A stretch of 64,000 nt of DNA, taken from positions 8,928,001 to 8,992,000 of the forward strand of contig NC_043011.1 in assembly GCF_006345805.1 (NCBI RefSeq). The letters run 5' to 3'. Below the pieces are notes generated by a model. The model did no database searches, was not told the DNA's origin, and saw only the letters and a program-made list of their open reading frames with translations. The stretch is from Octopus sinensis (lineage: Eukaryota). Shown here piece after piece: positions 1-48,100 of this stretch; the first letter of the stretch is position 1; each line of letters begins with the position of its first letter. The position numbers were made by a program, and so were the translations under genes.

Positions 1-140
1 CCTAATTTATCGACATAACCTGTGTATGAATTTCTATAGCCTTTCTGCAACATTAAACACTCAAACATACATATACACACAAACACATACATACATATGT
101 ATGTATGTATGCCTGTAATCATATGAGTGTGTGAGCATGC

Positions 141-171
<31 letters not shown>

Positions 172-326
172 TCTGTTGCTTTTTAAGCAGTCATAACTTT
201 AACTGGCTTTATCGACCCAAATCTAAACAAAGTGAATAATTATGTGTGGGTCAGGGGGGCCTGCTTGTGTGTGGTGTGTGTGTGTGTGGATGGTACACGT
301 TTGGCCAAGTGGTTAATCTCCGAGAT

Positions 327-560
327 AAGGCGGCGAGCTGGCAGAGACGTTAGCACGCCGGGCGAAATGCGTAGCTGTATTTCGTCTTTCGTTACGTTCC
401 GAGTTCAAATTCCGCCGAGGTCGACTTTGCCTTTCATCCTTTCGGGGTCGATAAATTAAGTACCAGATACGCACTGGGATCGATGTAATCGACTTAATCC
501 ATTTGTCTGTCCTTGTTTGTCCCCTCTGTGTTTAGCCCCTTGTGGGTAGTAAAGAAATAG
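327..560 (+). mobile_element. Octopus tRNA-derived CORE-type SINE (OR-like); related copies at about 16040-16260, 18700-18920 and 19500-19680
   Basis: A-box-like GCTGGCAGAGACGTTAG, B-box GAGTTCAAATTCC, core GCCTTTCATCCTTTCGGGGTCGATAAATTAAGTACC. Confidence 0.85.
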
Positions 561-917
561 TTTAATCTCTGTGTTCTATGTTCAACCCTGCTATTTTCGT
601 CAAATGTCTTTTACCCTTAAGCTGCATGATAAATGCCCACTCCCCCCAAAAAAATAGCATAAAAGTCTCTACACTTGAGGAATACATTAAGAAATACACA
701 AGTTTTGGGGAAACTCAGTACTCTAAACATTCATTCATAAATAAATAACTGACTTTTTGTCATTGAAATCAACGGAGAATTTCTTAGTTACTCACACACA
801 CACACACACACACACACACAAGCATGCATGTGCTTATATATATGCATACATACACACATATACGTAAATGCACATACACACTCAAGTATATATATGTATG
901 TATATATTCATACATGT

Positions 918-1110
918 GGAGGCGCATTGGCCCAGTGGTTAGGGCAGCGGACTCGCGGTCAAAGGATTGCAGTTTCGCTTCCCAGACTGGGCGTTCTGGG
1001 TGTTTATTGAGCGAAAACATTTAAAAAGCTCCACGATGTTGACATTACAATGAAGGAGCCTTGGATCTGGGAGAAACCAGCTCTTTTCTCTATTGGCAAG
1101 AAATCTTGAA
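918..1110 (+). mobile_element. tRNA-headed SINE; related copy at about 62900-63140
   Basis: TGGCCCAGTGGTTAGG A-box and GTTTCGCTTCC B-box-like; TTTATTGAGCGAAAACA...AGCTCCACGA is shared with 62940. Confidence 0.75.
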
Positions 1111-1665
1111 AAAAAACTGAACAATGACATACATACATACATCTATATGAGTATGTGTTATGTGTTATGTGTGTGTGTGGTTGGGTGCACTGAGATATGA
1201 GAGGCACAATGGGGACGTATCGAAGGAGAAGGAGAAGGTATTGATGTATACAATGTGAGAAATGTCATTGAAAGACCAATGAAAGAATAAGAAAGCCTGG
1301 AATTATTAAAATTTCAAACAATATAAATCTGGAGAGAAAGGATTTAGGAAAGATAACAAACATAGATTGACAGCCAAAAATAGGAAACAAAACAGGAGAG
1401 TGTGAAAAGATGAGGGAGGAGTATAACAGGGCTGTCTGCTGTCACCAGATCTGTTTCATTACACAATGGAATGACCATGTGGGCTCTTGAACACCTACAA
1501 GGTGTAGAGATAGGAAGACAAGACATCAACAATATTTGTTATGTAAATGACATAACAACAACAGAGAAAAATTATTATTGCTTATGTATATCATCATCAT
1601 CATCATCATCATCATCATCGTTTAACGTCCGTTTTTCATGCTAGCATGGGTTGGATGGTTTGACC

Positions 1666-1705
<40 letters not shown>

Positions 1706-1713
1706 TATAAGGG

Positions 1714-2232
1714 TAGCAAAAAATTCAATAGAAATTTTTTCGCCACCAGCGGTCTAGTGAGAAAGAAAATACAGTCAACAGACTATACAATGTACATTCA
1801 ACAATAATATTAAGGAGTGGCCTTAATAGGCCATTCAACCCACTAAAACGAGCAGCCAAACTCAAACCGCTAAATAGTAGTAATTCAGAAATCAAAGGAA
1901 AATTAAAAACATTTACCCTAATCATCTTTGGACTATGCATAGTTTCGACGTACTTTTTGGTAAACCAGCTTAATTAAATTAAATTAAATTAAATTAAATT
2001 TAATCAAGTCAATTTACCACTGGCCCGTGGTAAATGTTTTTAATTTTCATTTGATTTCTGTATTACTACTATTTAGCGGTTTGAGTTTAGCTGCTCGCTT
2101 TAGTGAGTTGAATGGCCTATTAAGGCCATTCCTTAATATTATTGTTGAATGTACATTGTATAGTCTGTTGACTGTATTTTCTTTCTCACTAGACCGCTGG
2201 TGGCGAAAAAATTACTATTGAATTTTTTGCTA
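1714..2232. repeat. Foldback element or palindrome, ~204-bp arms, ~110-bp spacer
   Basis: 1714-1917 is the reverse complement of 2029-2232 with few mismatches. The same pseudo-peptide appears on both strands in the ORF track. Confidence 0.92.
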
Positions 2233-2250
2233 ATATATATATATATATAT

Positions 2251-2674
2251 ATATTGTTATATTTCGGAATGGTCATATTGCCAGTTTAGCCAATAAAAAC
2301 ACACGCACTATATATTTGGTGTTACTTTGCTTCAGTGTTATTTATTTTTTACATTAATCTTAATCTTAATTTGGCCAGAGTTCTTTCGTCACACTCCTGT
2401 GACCGCATCAGTGGTCCTTTGTTTTCTTCTTTCTTATTTGTGTCTCTGACGGTTAGTAAGGAGAGACACAAATAAGAAAGAAGAAAACAAAGGACCACTG
2501 ATGCGGTCACAGGAGTGTGACGAAAGAACTCTGGCCAAAATAAGATTAAGATTAATGTAAAAAATAAATAACACTGAAGCAAAATAACACTGAAGCAAAA
2601 TAACACCAAATATATAGTGCGTGTGTTTTTATTGGCTAAACTGGCAATATGACCATTCCGAAATATAACAATAT
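2251..2674. repeat. Near-perfect palindrome, ~197-bp arms, 14-nt spacer
   Basis: 2251-2447 is inverted at 2462-2674, and the right arm has an extra AAATAACACTGAAGC copy. A diverged family member lies at about 3290-3565. Confidence 0.92.
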
Positions 2675-2728
2675 CTGTTTCAACACACGACTTCACATAA
2701 AAAATCTTGCACAACAAATATTTAAACG

Positions 2729-2759
<31 letters not shown>

Positions 2760-3803
2760 CCCTGGGTGTACAGTCAACTGTATGAAACCTATTGGTGTGT
2801 TGAGAGCACCATGTAGAGTATCGTTGTCATCCTTACGTTTCACCATTTTGGTTATTTACATCCTCTGCAGTGCAATCCGATGCTGAACTGCAGCAGTTCA
2901 CCAGGGGAACACTTGAAGCATTATGTTTACAGATATAAACTGCTTTATTTGGTCAGCATCCAATTACTCTTGGAACACCCACTGCAATGAGATGCAAATA
3001 ACGACAATGGCGAAAAACATACTTAGGGAACAACTTTTATAAACTGCATCTTGTGTGTATCATACATTCTCATACATATGTATGCGTGAGTGTATGTATG
3101 TGCTTCTGCACTACATATATATATTTATATCTTTCTAACTCTCCCCCTTCTCTCTCTTCTTTCTCTCTCTCTCTTCTCTCTCTCTTTCTCATCTCCTTCT
3201 CTCTCTCTCCACCTCTCTCTGTGCGCACGCAGGAGTGCACGCTCACACACACAACATGCACATGTTACAAGGTCATAACATGATGTATGTATTTAAATCG
3301 GACTAAAAAGAAAACGAGGAGACACGTGGTATGGAGAGTTGCTGAAGAGGTCACAGGAGGTGTGACGAAAGATTTTTGACAACGGACACTAAAATAAGAA
3401 CAATAAAGAAGGAGGAGGCAGGGGGAGGGGAAGGAGGTGAAGGAGGAGGAGGCGGTGGAAAAGAAGAAGAAGAAGAAGAAGAAGAAGAAGAAGAACGAAC
3501 GAATGTATAGTGCGTGTCTTTGGCAAAAATAAAAAAAAAAATAACCGTCCCAAAATATCACAATATATATTTAAATACTTTAATATTTATTCAAACGAAG
3601 CCCACACTTTCTGTCAGCGGATTTATTTAGTCATTTATTTATTGAAGCCGTCAGCGCGGTTCTGGTGTCTTTGACTTAGAAATAAGACATCGAACTGGTT
3701 GTTGCAAACTTCACCTCGTTTTGCCTATTGTGTTGTGGGACAATGAATGACAAGAATGTTTTCTCACTGCTGACTACAAGGTCACCACAACAGCAACAGC
3801 AAC

Positions 3804-3840
<37 letters not shown>

Positions 3841-4062
3841 ACCACATACGAAAAACCCAAAGAAACTAATTTTCTACAAAGGTAATAATGAGGTAAAGAT
3901 AATTATTAAAAACTTTTTCCCAATAAACAAGTGGATATACACACCTTTGAGTATGCGTGTGTATGTGTGTGTGTGTGCGTGCGTGTGTGTGTGCGTGCGT
4001 GCGTGTGAGCGTGTGTATGTGTGTGTGTGCGTGCGTGTGTGTGAGCGTATGTGTGTGTGTGC

Positions 4063-4099
<37 letters not shown>

Positions 4100-4147
4100 C
4101 GTGTGTGTATGTGTGTGTGTGTGTGCGTGCGTGTGTGTGTATGTGTA

Positions 4148-4199
<52 letters not shown>

Positions 4200-4481
4200 A
4201 TTCCACGACGCTAAAGTAAGCCAAAGCCCGACAGTGAAATTAGTTTTAATCGTGTCTGTGGATACATTACTAGCAAATGGAATACGTATGTGACATAGCT
4301 ACACACACACACACACACACACGCACGCACGCACACACATACACGCACGCACACACACACACGCCCACATTTTATGCGCATGTATGAATGTGTGTGTGCA
4401 TGCACATTGGTGTGAGTGTGTGAGCATGTATGCACGTAATTCCCACAGCTACCACCAGTCACTAAAGTGACGAAGAAAGGG

Positions 4482-4521
<40 letters not shown>

Positions 4522-4814
4522 GGGGGCCAATACTACCTGTCTGTAGGTGTTTCAAAAATACACAGCGATCACAAAACAACGACGGATCTATGTACAAAGC
4601 ATTCGTGACACACCTTAATTACCACTCGGTCGACCTCGACGCACAAAAGGACAGCAGCGAACGACTCCTGTATCACTACACATGCTCTCGTTTTGCCAAA
4701 CTTTTTGGAGGGGGCTTCAAGACGGAGGCACTCCTCTCTCTTCTGATAAACACGGATTAATAATATATACTCGCATTTATAATCTCTGCAGACGTAGTCT
4801 CGCTATCTGGGGTC

Positions 4815-40085
<35,271 letters not shown>

Positions 40086-40364
40086 CAAAACATTATTCTA
40101 TTTTCATGCAAACCAGAGTTGACTCTAACCTCCAGTTAATTAACATAACACCAAAGTTACTAATTAACACAGCAGAATATTAATTTCTTTTTCATTTCCA
40201 TTTGATCTAATTATGGGAGAGAACCTACATATCACCTCTCAAGAGCTTCATGCTAGCAAAAAGCTTTAGGGTTTGAACAGAAATCATTAATGTCATTTGT
40301 TTATATTCTTGCTGTGTGTTTTGTTAATGTTTGTTTTGGGCTTTGCTAACACCTTGCACTGCTC

Positions 40365-40440
40365 TGATAGTGTCTGCTCTCTGCTCTGATAGTGTCTGCT
40401 CTCTGCTCTGATAGTGTTTGCTCTCTGCTGTGATAACGTT
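40365..40440 (+). repeat. 22-bp tandem repeat (~3.5 units) in the presumed CCDC125 3' UTR
   Basis: CTGCTCTGATAGTGTCTGCTCT repeated. Confidence 0.85.
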
Positions 40441-43135
40441 CTGTGGTTTAAGAACCAATAATTTTCAAACATGTGTCCACTCCACCTTCTTCAACTGAAT
40501 CCAAAGTGACATGTGCCGGGAAAGCTATTCAAACATTCTTTCCTTCTGACCACAGCCCAAAGATGCTGACCTTTTAACACAGACCCAGTTTAATTTTATT
40601 GAGGAAATGGTAGAAGATTCGTGGCGGATTCTCACAAGAAGTAACCTCAACTGACATAGGTCAGAAACATACATACATACATACATATATATATGTGTGT
40701 GAATGTGCATGTATGAATGTATGTGCAGTTAGCTGAGTCATTAGAGCATTAGATGGAATATCCCACAGTTTTTATTCTGATAGGCTGTGCTATGAGTTCA
40801 AATCCCGCCAAGGTCCACTTTGTCTTTCATCTTCATGGAGTCACTAAAAATGTCCCAGTCGAGGGTGGTGGATTCCCAGGACATTACAAGAATGAGGTCT
40901 TTGTTCTGGCTCTTTGCATTCTGGGTCAAATCATACCATGATGTCTGAAAAGCACCGTCACCCACCCCACCCTCTAGCCTGTTGTGTCAAGTAAAGCAAC
41001 TCCAGAAAACAGACTCCTGCCAGGAATGGTTGGTGTCAGGCAGTGTCAAGAGAAATGGGTCCTGTGAAAACATGGATGAATAAATGTATGCCTGTGTATA
41101 TACGTGTATTATATAACCAGTGCTCTTTGAAGGAAATCCTGTATAATATTTGTTCAACACTGATTTACAAACACTCCCCTGACACATTCAGTGAGACAGG
41201 AGTGTTGACACTAATAACCAATGACATTATACTTTACCAGCTGTGATATTAAATAAAATAAAAATAAATAAAACATATATGAATATAAATACTAATGTTG
41301 GTTTTTGTGATGTCTGGTAAGTCAGAACTTCAAAGTTACTGTCAACCTACTAAAAATTCATAAATATGGTATTTTGCTAAAAGTACCATATTTATTGTTT
41401 AAAGTATTTCACTTGACACATAAACCAATATTAATATGAATAAAAATATTGATTTGCAACTGTGAAAAGAAGGCCAGCATTTTGTAAGGAAAGGCTGTTG
41501 CTTGTCGTATTAGCCCAAGATAATAACTGGTATTTGTTTAATCGACTCCAACAGAATTAAAACTTAGAACACAGAGCCAAAGCTTAATAGTAACACTCTA
41601 CTGCTTCAGGCTTCAGCTCCACACTAACCTTGATTAATTAACATAATTAGTGTATTAAAAAACAGGTGGCAATTCATTAGAGTTCATATATTCATATGCT
41701 TGAATATTAATTGCTCATTAATAAATTAAGCAATGATAATGTTGGTCTTTCCCTCTCCCACCCTCTCTTTCTGACTATGTGCGTGTCTGAGCAATGGAAA
41801 TAAATTCATATATTTAACATAAATATGAGCAAGTTTCTATTCCTTAATGGTGTGAGCATTATGTTGAGTTCCAGATGAAAAATCAATCCACAATATTGAT
41901 CCAATTCTGGATATTTATGACCCATAATGAAAGCATGAAATAATTTAAATAAATTGAGCTTCAACAATATTTACAAACATCTGTCCTCTAGCTTCTTGTA
42001 CCTCTACTACAAGGACCACTGCTCTTCAGAACTAGCTAAGTCCATATCCTTTACATCTGGCCCCAGCTCCATACCCTCTATCCCACATGACTTTTCTCTT
42101 CCTATCATCTTTTACAGTTCCTCCCCTCCTATGTCCCACATAAAATATCTCACTCAATCCCTCTGGATCCCACTGGAATTTTCACCCCTACCCATATTCC
42201 TCCCTGCACTTATTGATCTTCCTACAGGAGTTCAAAGTGAACATTGCTCCGCTCTAACCCCTCTCACCAATATAAAAGTCAGAAATTCTGTGAAACCCAT
42301 GGCAACTCCCTCTTTTATTCTGAGTAAATTGCTATTCTACTTCAGTTTGAAAAAAGTGGGGTTTGACCCCTTTTCTGACATCCATTGTTACTTTACTGTA
42401 AAATATATTTCTGTGTTACGCAATAACAAAATATCTGAAAAAAAAAATGTATTTTTGTAATGAAAGAAATAAAATGAATTTGAAAAAAATAATTAAACAG
42501 TCAATGTTATTTACAATGTAAGGATGAAAAGCAAAACTTGTGAATCCTGCTCTTGCTTCTCAACTACATGGTTCCAGGTTCAATCCTACTGCTACCATAT
42601 TATATCTTTAGCCCATACACTAGTTTTCAAGTCTGGATCCACTAAGCTGTAAACAGGTACCACAGGAAAATAGGTTTCACTGTGTTGTAGGCAGTGGGAG
42701 CCTTGGGAAATTGATGAGAGTTTTCATCATGTTATAATAGTGAGTAAAACCTGTTATGAGGGGCAATCAGTAGATTGGCTCTGTCAGTTTTATTGGTAAT
42801 GTGTAATCTAGTACAACCTGTTATATGGTTTGTTGACCATCCTACACCAATCTGCCAACACCAACGGGGTCTCGTGATTGAGGGCTGCAATATTCCTCGA
42901 AGGACAAAAAGAAAGAGGAGAACAGCATAAGGATCAACATCTCTCTAACAACAGTGTGTTGGCAGGGAACAGAGGAACGCTGGAGAAGGATTGTGCTGTA
43001 AGACCTGTTTGGCTGCACTGTTCTTACCACTGAAATTGCTCATTCTGCAGCAGCTACTCATGACTCTACCCATAGGTACCTCACTACCAGTAGGTACCTT
43101 ACAGCCGGCTGCAATAAACCCAGTCATCACCTTAC

Positions 43136-43228
43136 TTTCTTTGGTTCGTTTAATTCTTCCAGTTTAAAACTACACTCAGTCGAGGCCAGTAAAATTGCTA
43201 GGACAATTGCGTGTCTAGTTACAGGGTA

Positions 43229-43268
<40 letters not shown>

Positions 43269-43567
43269 TAGGGTGAGGGAAAGAGAGAGAGACAGAGTGA
43301 TGGAGGAAGGCGGTTTTGAGGAATGAAATACTGCTACAGCAGGAAGACAAACTTGGAATCTTTTTTGTTTGGTTGCCAGTGGCTCCAAAAATTAAAGTTT
43401 ACCAAAATTTTTTTAATTTGGTATAATAATACACTTGTCCAAACTGAACTGCTGGAGTTATTTCATTTTTTCCAGAAAAATGCTTTTAAAAAGTTATAGA
43501 GGTTTTTTTTTTTTTATCATTTTCACCCAGTCAGGAAACAGGATTTGGAGGCGGTCATTTTGGGCAT
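43136..43567 (-). CDS. Candidate first two coding exons (43567-43527 and 43214-43136) of an unidentified signal-peptide protein
   Basis: Phase-compatible splice (GG|A) gives MPKMTASKSCFLTGHAIVLAILLASTECSFKLEELNEPKK, ending at donor AAA|gtaagg. Downstream exons were not traced. Confidence 0.4.
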
Positions 43568-43849
43568 GTCCACATTTTGTCGTCAATATCCTGAAAATAT
43601 CACGTGTTGCTAATATTTGTAAACAACACGTATTATGTCTCTGGTAATTTCCTTTCATGTAAATAACTGTTTATGTTAATTTAGAAGAGAAAAAACAATT
43701 AGTTTTAAAGCTCTGAGCGAGATATTCGCAAATAAACTTTAATTTAAAGATTTCTCGAAAATATCTTATTTAGCTGTTATTTTTAGCACACCTCACAACC
43801 ACCTCAATGCTCAGTGACAAAAAGAAACGAGTAAACAAGACTGCTGTCA

Positions 43850-44160
43850 ACACGTGCTTCGTCGCAGACTTTTCAAAGACTGTTACTATGGCAACAGGCA
43901 AAAGAGTTCTCGTGTTTCAGCTTGTTACTATCGAAACAGACATGAATGTGTCTGTGACTTACGACTGGCTAAAATGACCAAAATTGTCAGACTTTAATTA
44001 CTAATAACTCTTTATTTAATGATTTACAGCGAAGATTATTTTCGCGCCTAAGAAACCAATTCGAACAGAAAATTGCCACTGGCAGCCGCTGGCACGACGG
44101 CGACGACGGCGGTGGCGGAAGCAGCAGCAGCCGTAGCAGATAAAGGGACGTAACTGATAT
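43850..44160. promoter_or_regulatory. CpG-rich promoter-like region with two RFX X-box motifs
   Basis: GTTACTATGGCAAC at 43882-43895 and GTTACTATCGAAAC at 43924-43937, CACGTG near 43851, a GCC/GCT-rich 5'UTR-like tract at 44080-44140, and a strong minus-strand donor AGTC|gtaagt at 43963/43962. Confidence 0.6.
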
Positions 44161-44302
44161 CTGTAGTAGGGGAAATAACTCTACATGCTAAACTGTAATC
44201 TATGTGAAAGAGGAAGGATGACGTAAATTATACAGGTTTTTATTTTGATTATTTTATAAGATTAAGATTAAGATAGATTGATAAATAGATAGATAGATAG
44301 AT

Positions 44303-46876
44303 ATGTTTCTTTATTAGCCACACAGGACTGCACACAGACAGGACAAATCACAAGGTAGAGCTTTTCTTTTAGGGATAAAAAAGGGGGGTTTGGTTTTCGA
44401 TCAAAAGGGATCGTAAAAGGAAAGAAAGAGGGAAAAAGGGGGGGGGGTGGATAAAAATAAAAGGAAAAAGAAAAAATCGATCAATAGGGATCGTTATCAC
44501 AGAAATGTCAATATAAAGTGTAAAGGGGAGGACAGGTGAGGTTTACCCGTGGAAAAAAAGACCACGGTAACCTCGGTCAATGAAGTCGCATGTTATATTT
44601 TTTTACAAATAAGCAACTCTCTGTATTAATTTTTACGGTTCATAGGATCATAGTCAAGGTAGCTTCGTCATTCATACGTGCCATCCTTGCTACATTCACC
44701 CATCTTTTTTTAAACATTCACTAGACAAAACTTGCCTCTCTACTCTCACTTTCCTCTTCAAGTGATACTTGAAGAAGTTGATGAGAGATTGACCAGAGAA
44801 GAAAGTGTTTGTCTCTAATCCTTTCAGGCGCGTCCACCAGATACATTATTTCACCATAGCCACAAGTATGATAAAAATAGCTCTTCCTTCCCGTTTGAAG
44901 GAAGGAGGCGTGACGATATTAACGATAGACTCGGCTGATAAACCGACGCGTCCCACACGTGACAGCAGTCGTTCGACATAAGCCCACAGGTTGGAGATTG
45001 TTGGACACTGCACGATTGCGTGCAGAGCGGTTTCGTCGCTCTGACCGCATCTCGGGCAGGTCGGCCCCGTGTTTCTCGAGCCATGCCTATAGAGCTTATC
45101 CCGAACGGGTAGCGCTTCTCGGTAGCACTGCCAGGCCAGGGATCTCTGGAAGTTGTCCATAGGTCCCGGCCCGAAAGTCGTTTCAAACAGGTGGGTCAGG
45201 TATTCCTCGTCGACGCCCAGGTTTGCCCCAAGATTGTCGTCGTACCTCCCCTCCACAAATCCCCTATAGAATGCTTTGGTTGTGTTGAAGTCACTCAAGG
45301 TCGACCCTGGACGGCAGAGTTGCTTGAGAGCAACGCGACACTCGCGGTGTCATTCGCCCTTCCTCGGCCTCTTTTTGATCCACGACTGCAGTTCGGTCAT
45401 GGAGACGAGCTGCGGGAAAGCGTGCCTCACAAACGGTGACCACACCTGTTCACTGTCGTCTACATAGAGCCGGAGATGTCGCAGTCTCAGCGCGTGTCTA
45501 CGCATCATCAACCACGGCATGCCCAGCCCTCCTTTTAACGGGTGTTGACAGCAAATGGATCGCCTGACCATCGGGACGCGTCCAGCGTCCCACGACGGCG
45601 GTACTGGTGGACGGCATGGGCTTGCTTCTCCAGGTGCCGAGCCGCAAGCCCACTGACTTTTCCCGGTTAATTTTCGCTCCTGTCACCGCTTCGTAGTCTT
45701 TCAGTGTCTCACCGACCAGCTCGATGTGCTCGTGGCTTGACACTATGACGGTGACGTCGTCCGCGTATGCAGACACGCTCGTCTCGCGTCCCAATTCTCG
45801 CGGGATGCCCCTCAGAGTCGCCAGCTTCCGCAGTAGTGGCTCGAGTCAATAGGTATAAAAGCGACGAGAGGGGGCATCCCTGACGGACCGAACGTGCAAT
45901 GTCGAAAGGTCTCGATAGATGTCCATTTACGCGAATTACCGAACGGATGCCTTAGTACAAAGCGGCTATCCAGCCGCGGAAGACAGGACCGAAACCAGCC
46001 GCTCTCAGGACTGCCTCCAAGTATCGATGGTCTACCTTATCGAAGGCTTTCGATTGATCCAAATTGATCAGGGCCCCACCCATGCCAGGTTCCTTAACTA
46101 CTCTGTCTATGATGTAGCGCATCAGATGGAGGTTGTCATGGATGCTCCGGCCCGGCACGGCGCACGTTTGTGCCTTGTCGACCAGTTTCTCGATGACAAG
46201 CGCCAACCTCTTGACTAACACCTTGGTCAAAATTTTCAGGTCTGCATTGAGCAGAGTGATTGGCCTAAAGTTATCTATTATGTCCCCCTTGTTTGGATCT
46301 TTCTTCAGCAGCGTTACGGCTCCTCGACTCACAAAACCGGATATGCTCCCGTTTTGCTGCTAGTTGCAGTATACCGCTGCCAAGACGTCTCCAAACAAGT
46401 CTGGCATACAATTGTAAAACTCGTAGGGCAAACCATCCAAACCCGGCGATTTGTCTCTTGAGTATTCTGCCATTGCGTCCCGCACATCCGCCGCCGTGAT
46501 GGCACCTTCGCAGCACTCTGCCTCTCTTGCCGAGAGTCGTGGCAGGCTGTGCAGGTAGGCACTGAAGTCCACCCTGCGTTCACGCTCGCCGCTCGTCCCG
46601 TACAGTCGGGCAAGGTGCCGCTAAAATGCCTCGCACATCTTGCTGGGCTCGAGTAATTCGCGCTTTTGTTCATCTACCAGAGACCGAATGGTGGATTTGT
46701 TGCCCTGCTGTGCCTCCGCCACCCGGGCTTCCCTCGCGGCTCCAACACCTTCCATCCTTAGAGCACGCATCCTAGCCCTGACAGCACACCCTTCGTGTTT
46801 GGCATTGAAGTGTTGGTCAAGGGCCAACCTCGCCGCTAAAACGTCGGATGTGATGCCGCTTGTTATTGCCTCTTAA
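44303..46876 (-). mobile_element. Tx1/L1-clade LINE, 5'-truncated, frameshifted ORF2 (RT plus C-terminal CCHC region)
   Basis: DNFRPITLLNADLKIL, LINLDQSKAFDKVDH, SAYADDVTV, CPRCGQSDETALHAIVQC. The 3' UTR has AATAAA at 44310-44315. No endonuclease domain remains. Confidence 0.9.
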
Positions 46877-46909
46877 GCAGGCAGGGAAAGAGGAGACAGA
46901 CAGACAGAC

Positions 46910-47013
<104 letters not shown>

Positions 47014-47059
47014 ATAGATAGATTGATACATGTATGTATGTGTGTTTGTATGGATGGTT

Positions 47060-47460
47060 GGATGGATGGATGGGTATCCGTTTAGATGACACGCGCATGC
47101 CAAAACAGATGCTGTGTTGTGAGCTGGAACAAGGAAGACATCCCCCATGCATGCCACGCGAACGTTTCAAAGACAATCTTAAAGACGCGAGCAAAAAGAT
47201 CTATGTGGAGACTAAGAGGTGGGGAAGATCTTGCACCGGATTGGGTTCTGTGGAATGCTCTCTGATTGCTACTGGTGTTAAAGAATTCGAGAACGAACAG
47301 GATTCTATAGACTGAGTTGAAACGTCCTAGTAAATGCATGGAGGATGTGGAACCCTGTTCCTGTGAAGGGCAACAAAGAATCTCCTTCGTGTGACCAGTG
47401 AGGTTGTATCTGCTTCTTAAAAGTAGGTCTACTCAGCCACAAATCTGGTTATGGAGGCAC
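47060..47460 (+). mobile_element. Decayed RTE LINE 3' fragment
   Basis: RLDDTRMPKQMLCCELEQG...RERFKDNLK. Confidence 0.75.
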
Positions 47461-47824
47461 TCTCGTCTTCCAATATGATGCCCAACATGTTCTCTTGTGC
47501 GCCTTGTGTAGCAGAGTGTGTGAGTTGACCAGTGGTCTCACTCGGCAATGTAAGGCCCAGCATCTAGGTTGTGAGGCTGTTGCTGCTGCTAGAAGGCTGA
47601 TTTGTGGTCGGTGTGGAACGACTTGTTAGTCCCGGGGCAGTTGTCAGTTGTGTCCATGCCTTAACATGGCCCTGGTGTCAAGTTGTGTTCTTTAATAAAA
47701 CACAAGACAGCGTCTTTGAGTAATTTGGTTGGTTGAGAGGCGGTTGGATGGAACTTACACTCGCCTCCTTATGAGAGCTCAAAATCTTTCGTGGAAGCGT
47801 CATCCAACCAAAGTACAAATATAT

Positions 47825-48100
47825 GGGAAACTACCACCTGTATAATCTCTTGTGAAAGGTAGAAGAGTCCAGTTTGCTGGACATTGTTGTAGAGCTGAAA
47901 ACGAGGTAATTTTTACTCTTCTCCTCTGGAAGCCATCTGCTCGCGATACCAGAGGGCAAACACTCTCCTATCCTGATGTAATCTCCAGGGATACAGGCAT
48001 CCAGCAACAGGACCTCCATAATGCTATGATTGACCGTGAAGTCTGGCGTAGCATAGTAAACTCCATTGTCCCGACCACTGTCGAACAATGATAATGATTG
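47825..48100 (+). mobile_element. RTE-like LINE 3' end
   Basis: RRVQFAGHCCRAENE...LLLWKP...DREVWRSIV, followed by a short (GAT)-like tail. Confidence 0.75.

Noticed and set aside
327-1020. tRNA-like A/B boxes as tRNA genes
   Set aside because: No complete cloverleaf, and they continue into SINE bodies that are repeated elsewhere in the window.
2760-3050. Coding-looking stretch with a possible + terminal exon (QSDAELQQFTRGTLEALCLQI*) or a - exon ending at AAC|gtaagg
   Set aside because: There are in-frame stops in the alternative readings, no partner exons and no recognisable product.
4467-4760. 97-aa ORF just before the first CCDC125 exon
   Set aside because: It starts in a (GA)n tract, has no donor and no homology. 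More likely UTR or intron.
41954-42460. 168-aa + strand ORF
   Set aside because: It contains an LYLYYKDHCSSELA motif typical of decayed LINE C-termini, followed by low-complexity sequence. Not a gene.
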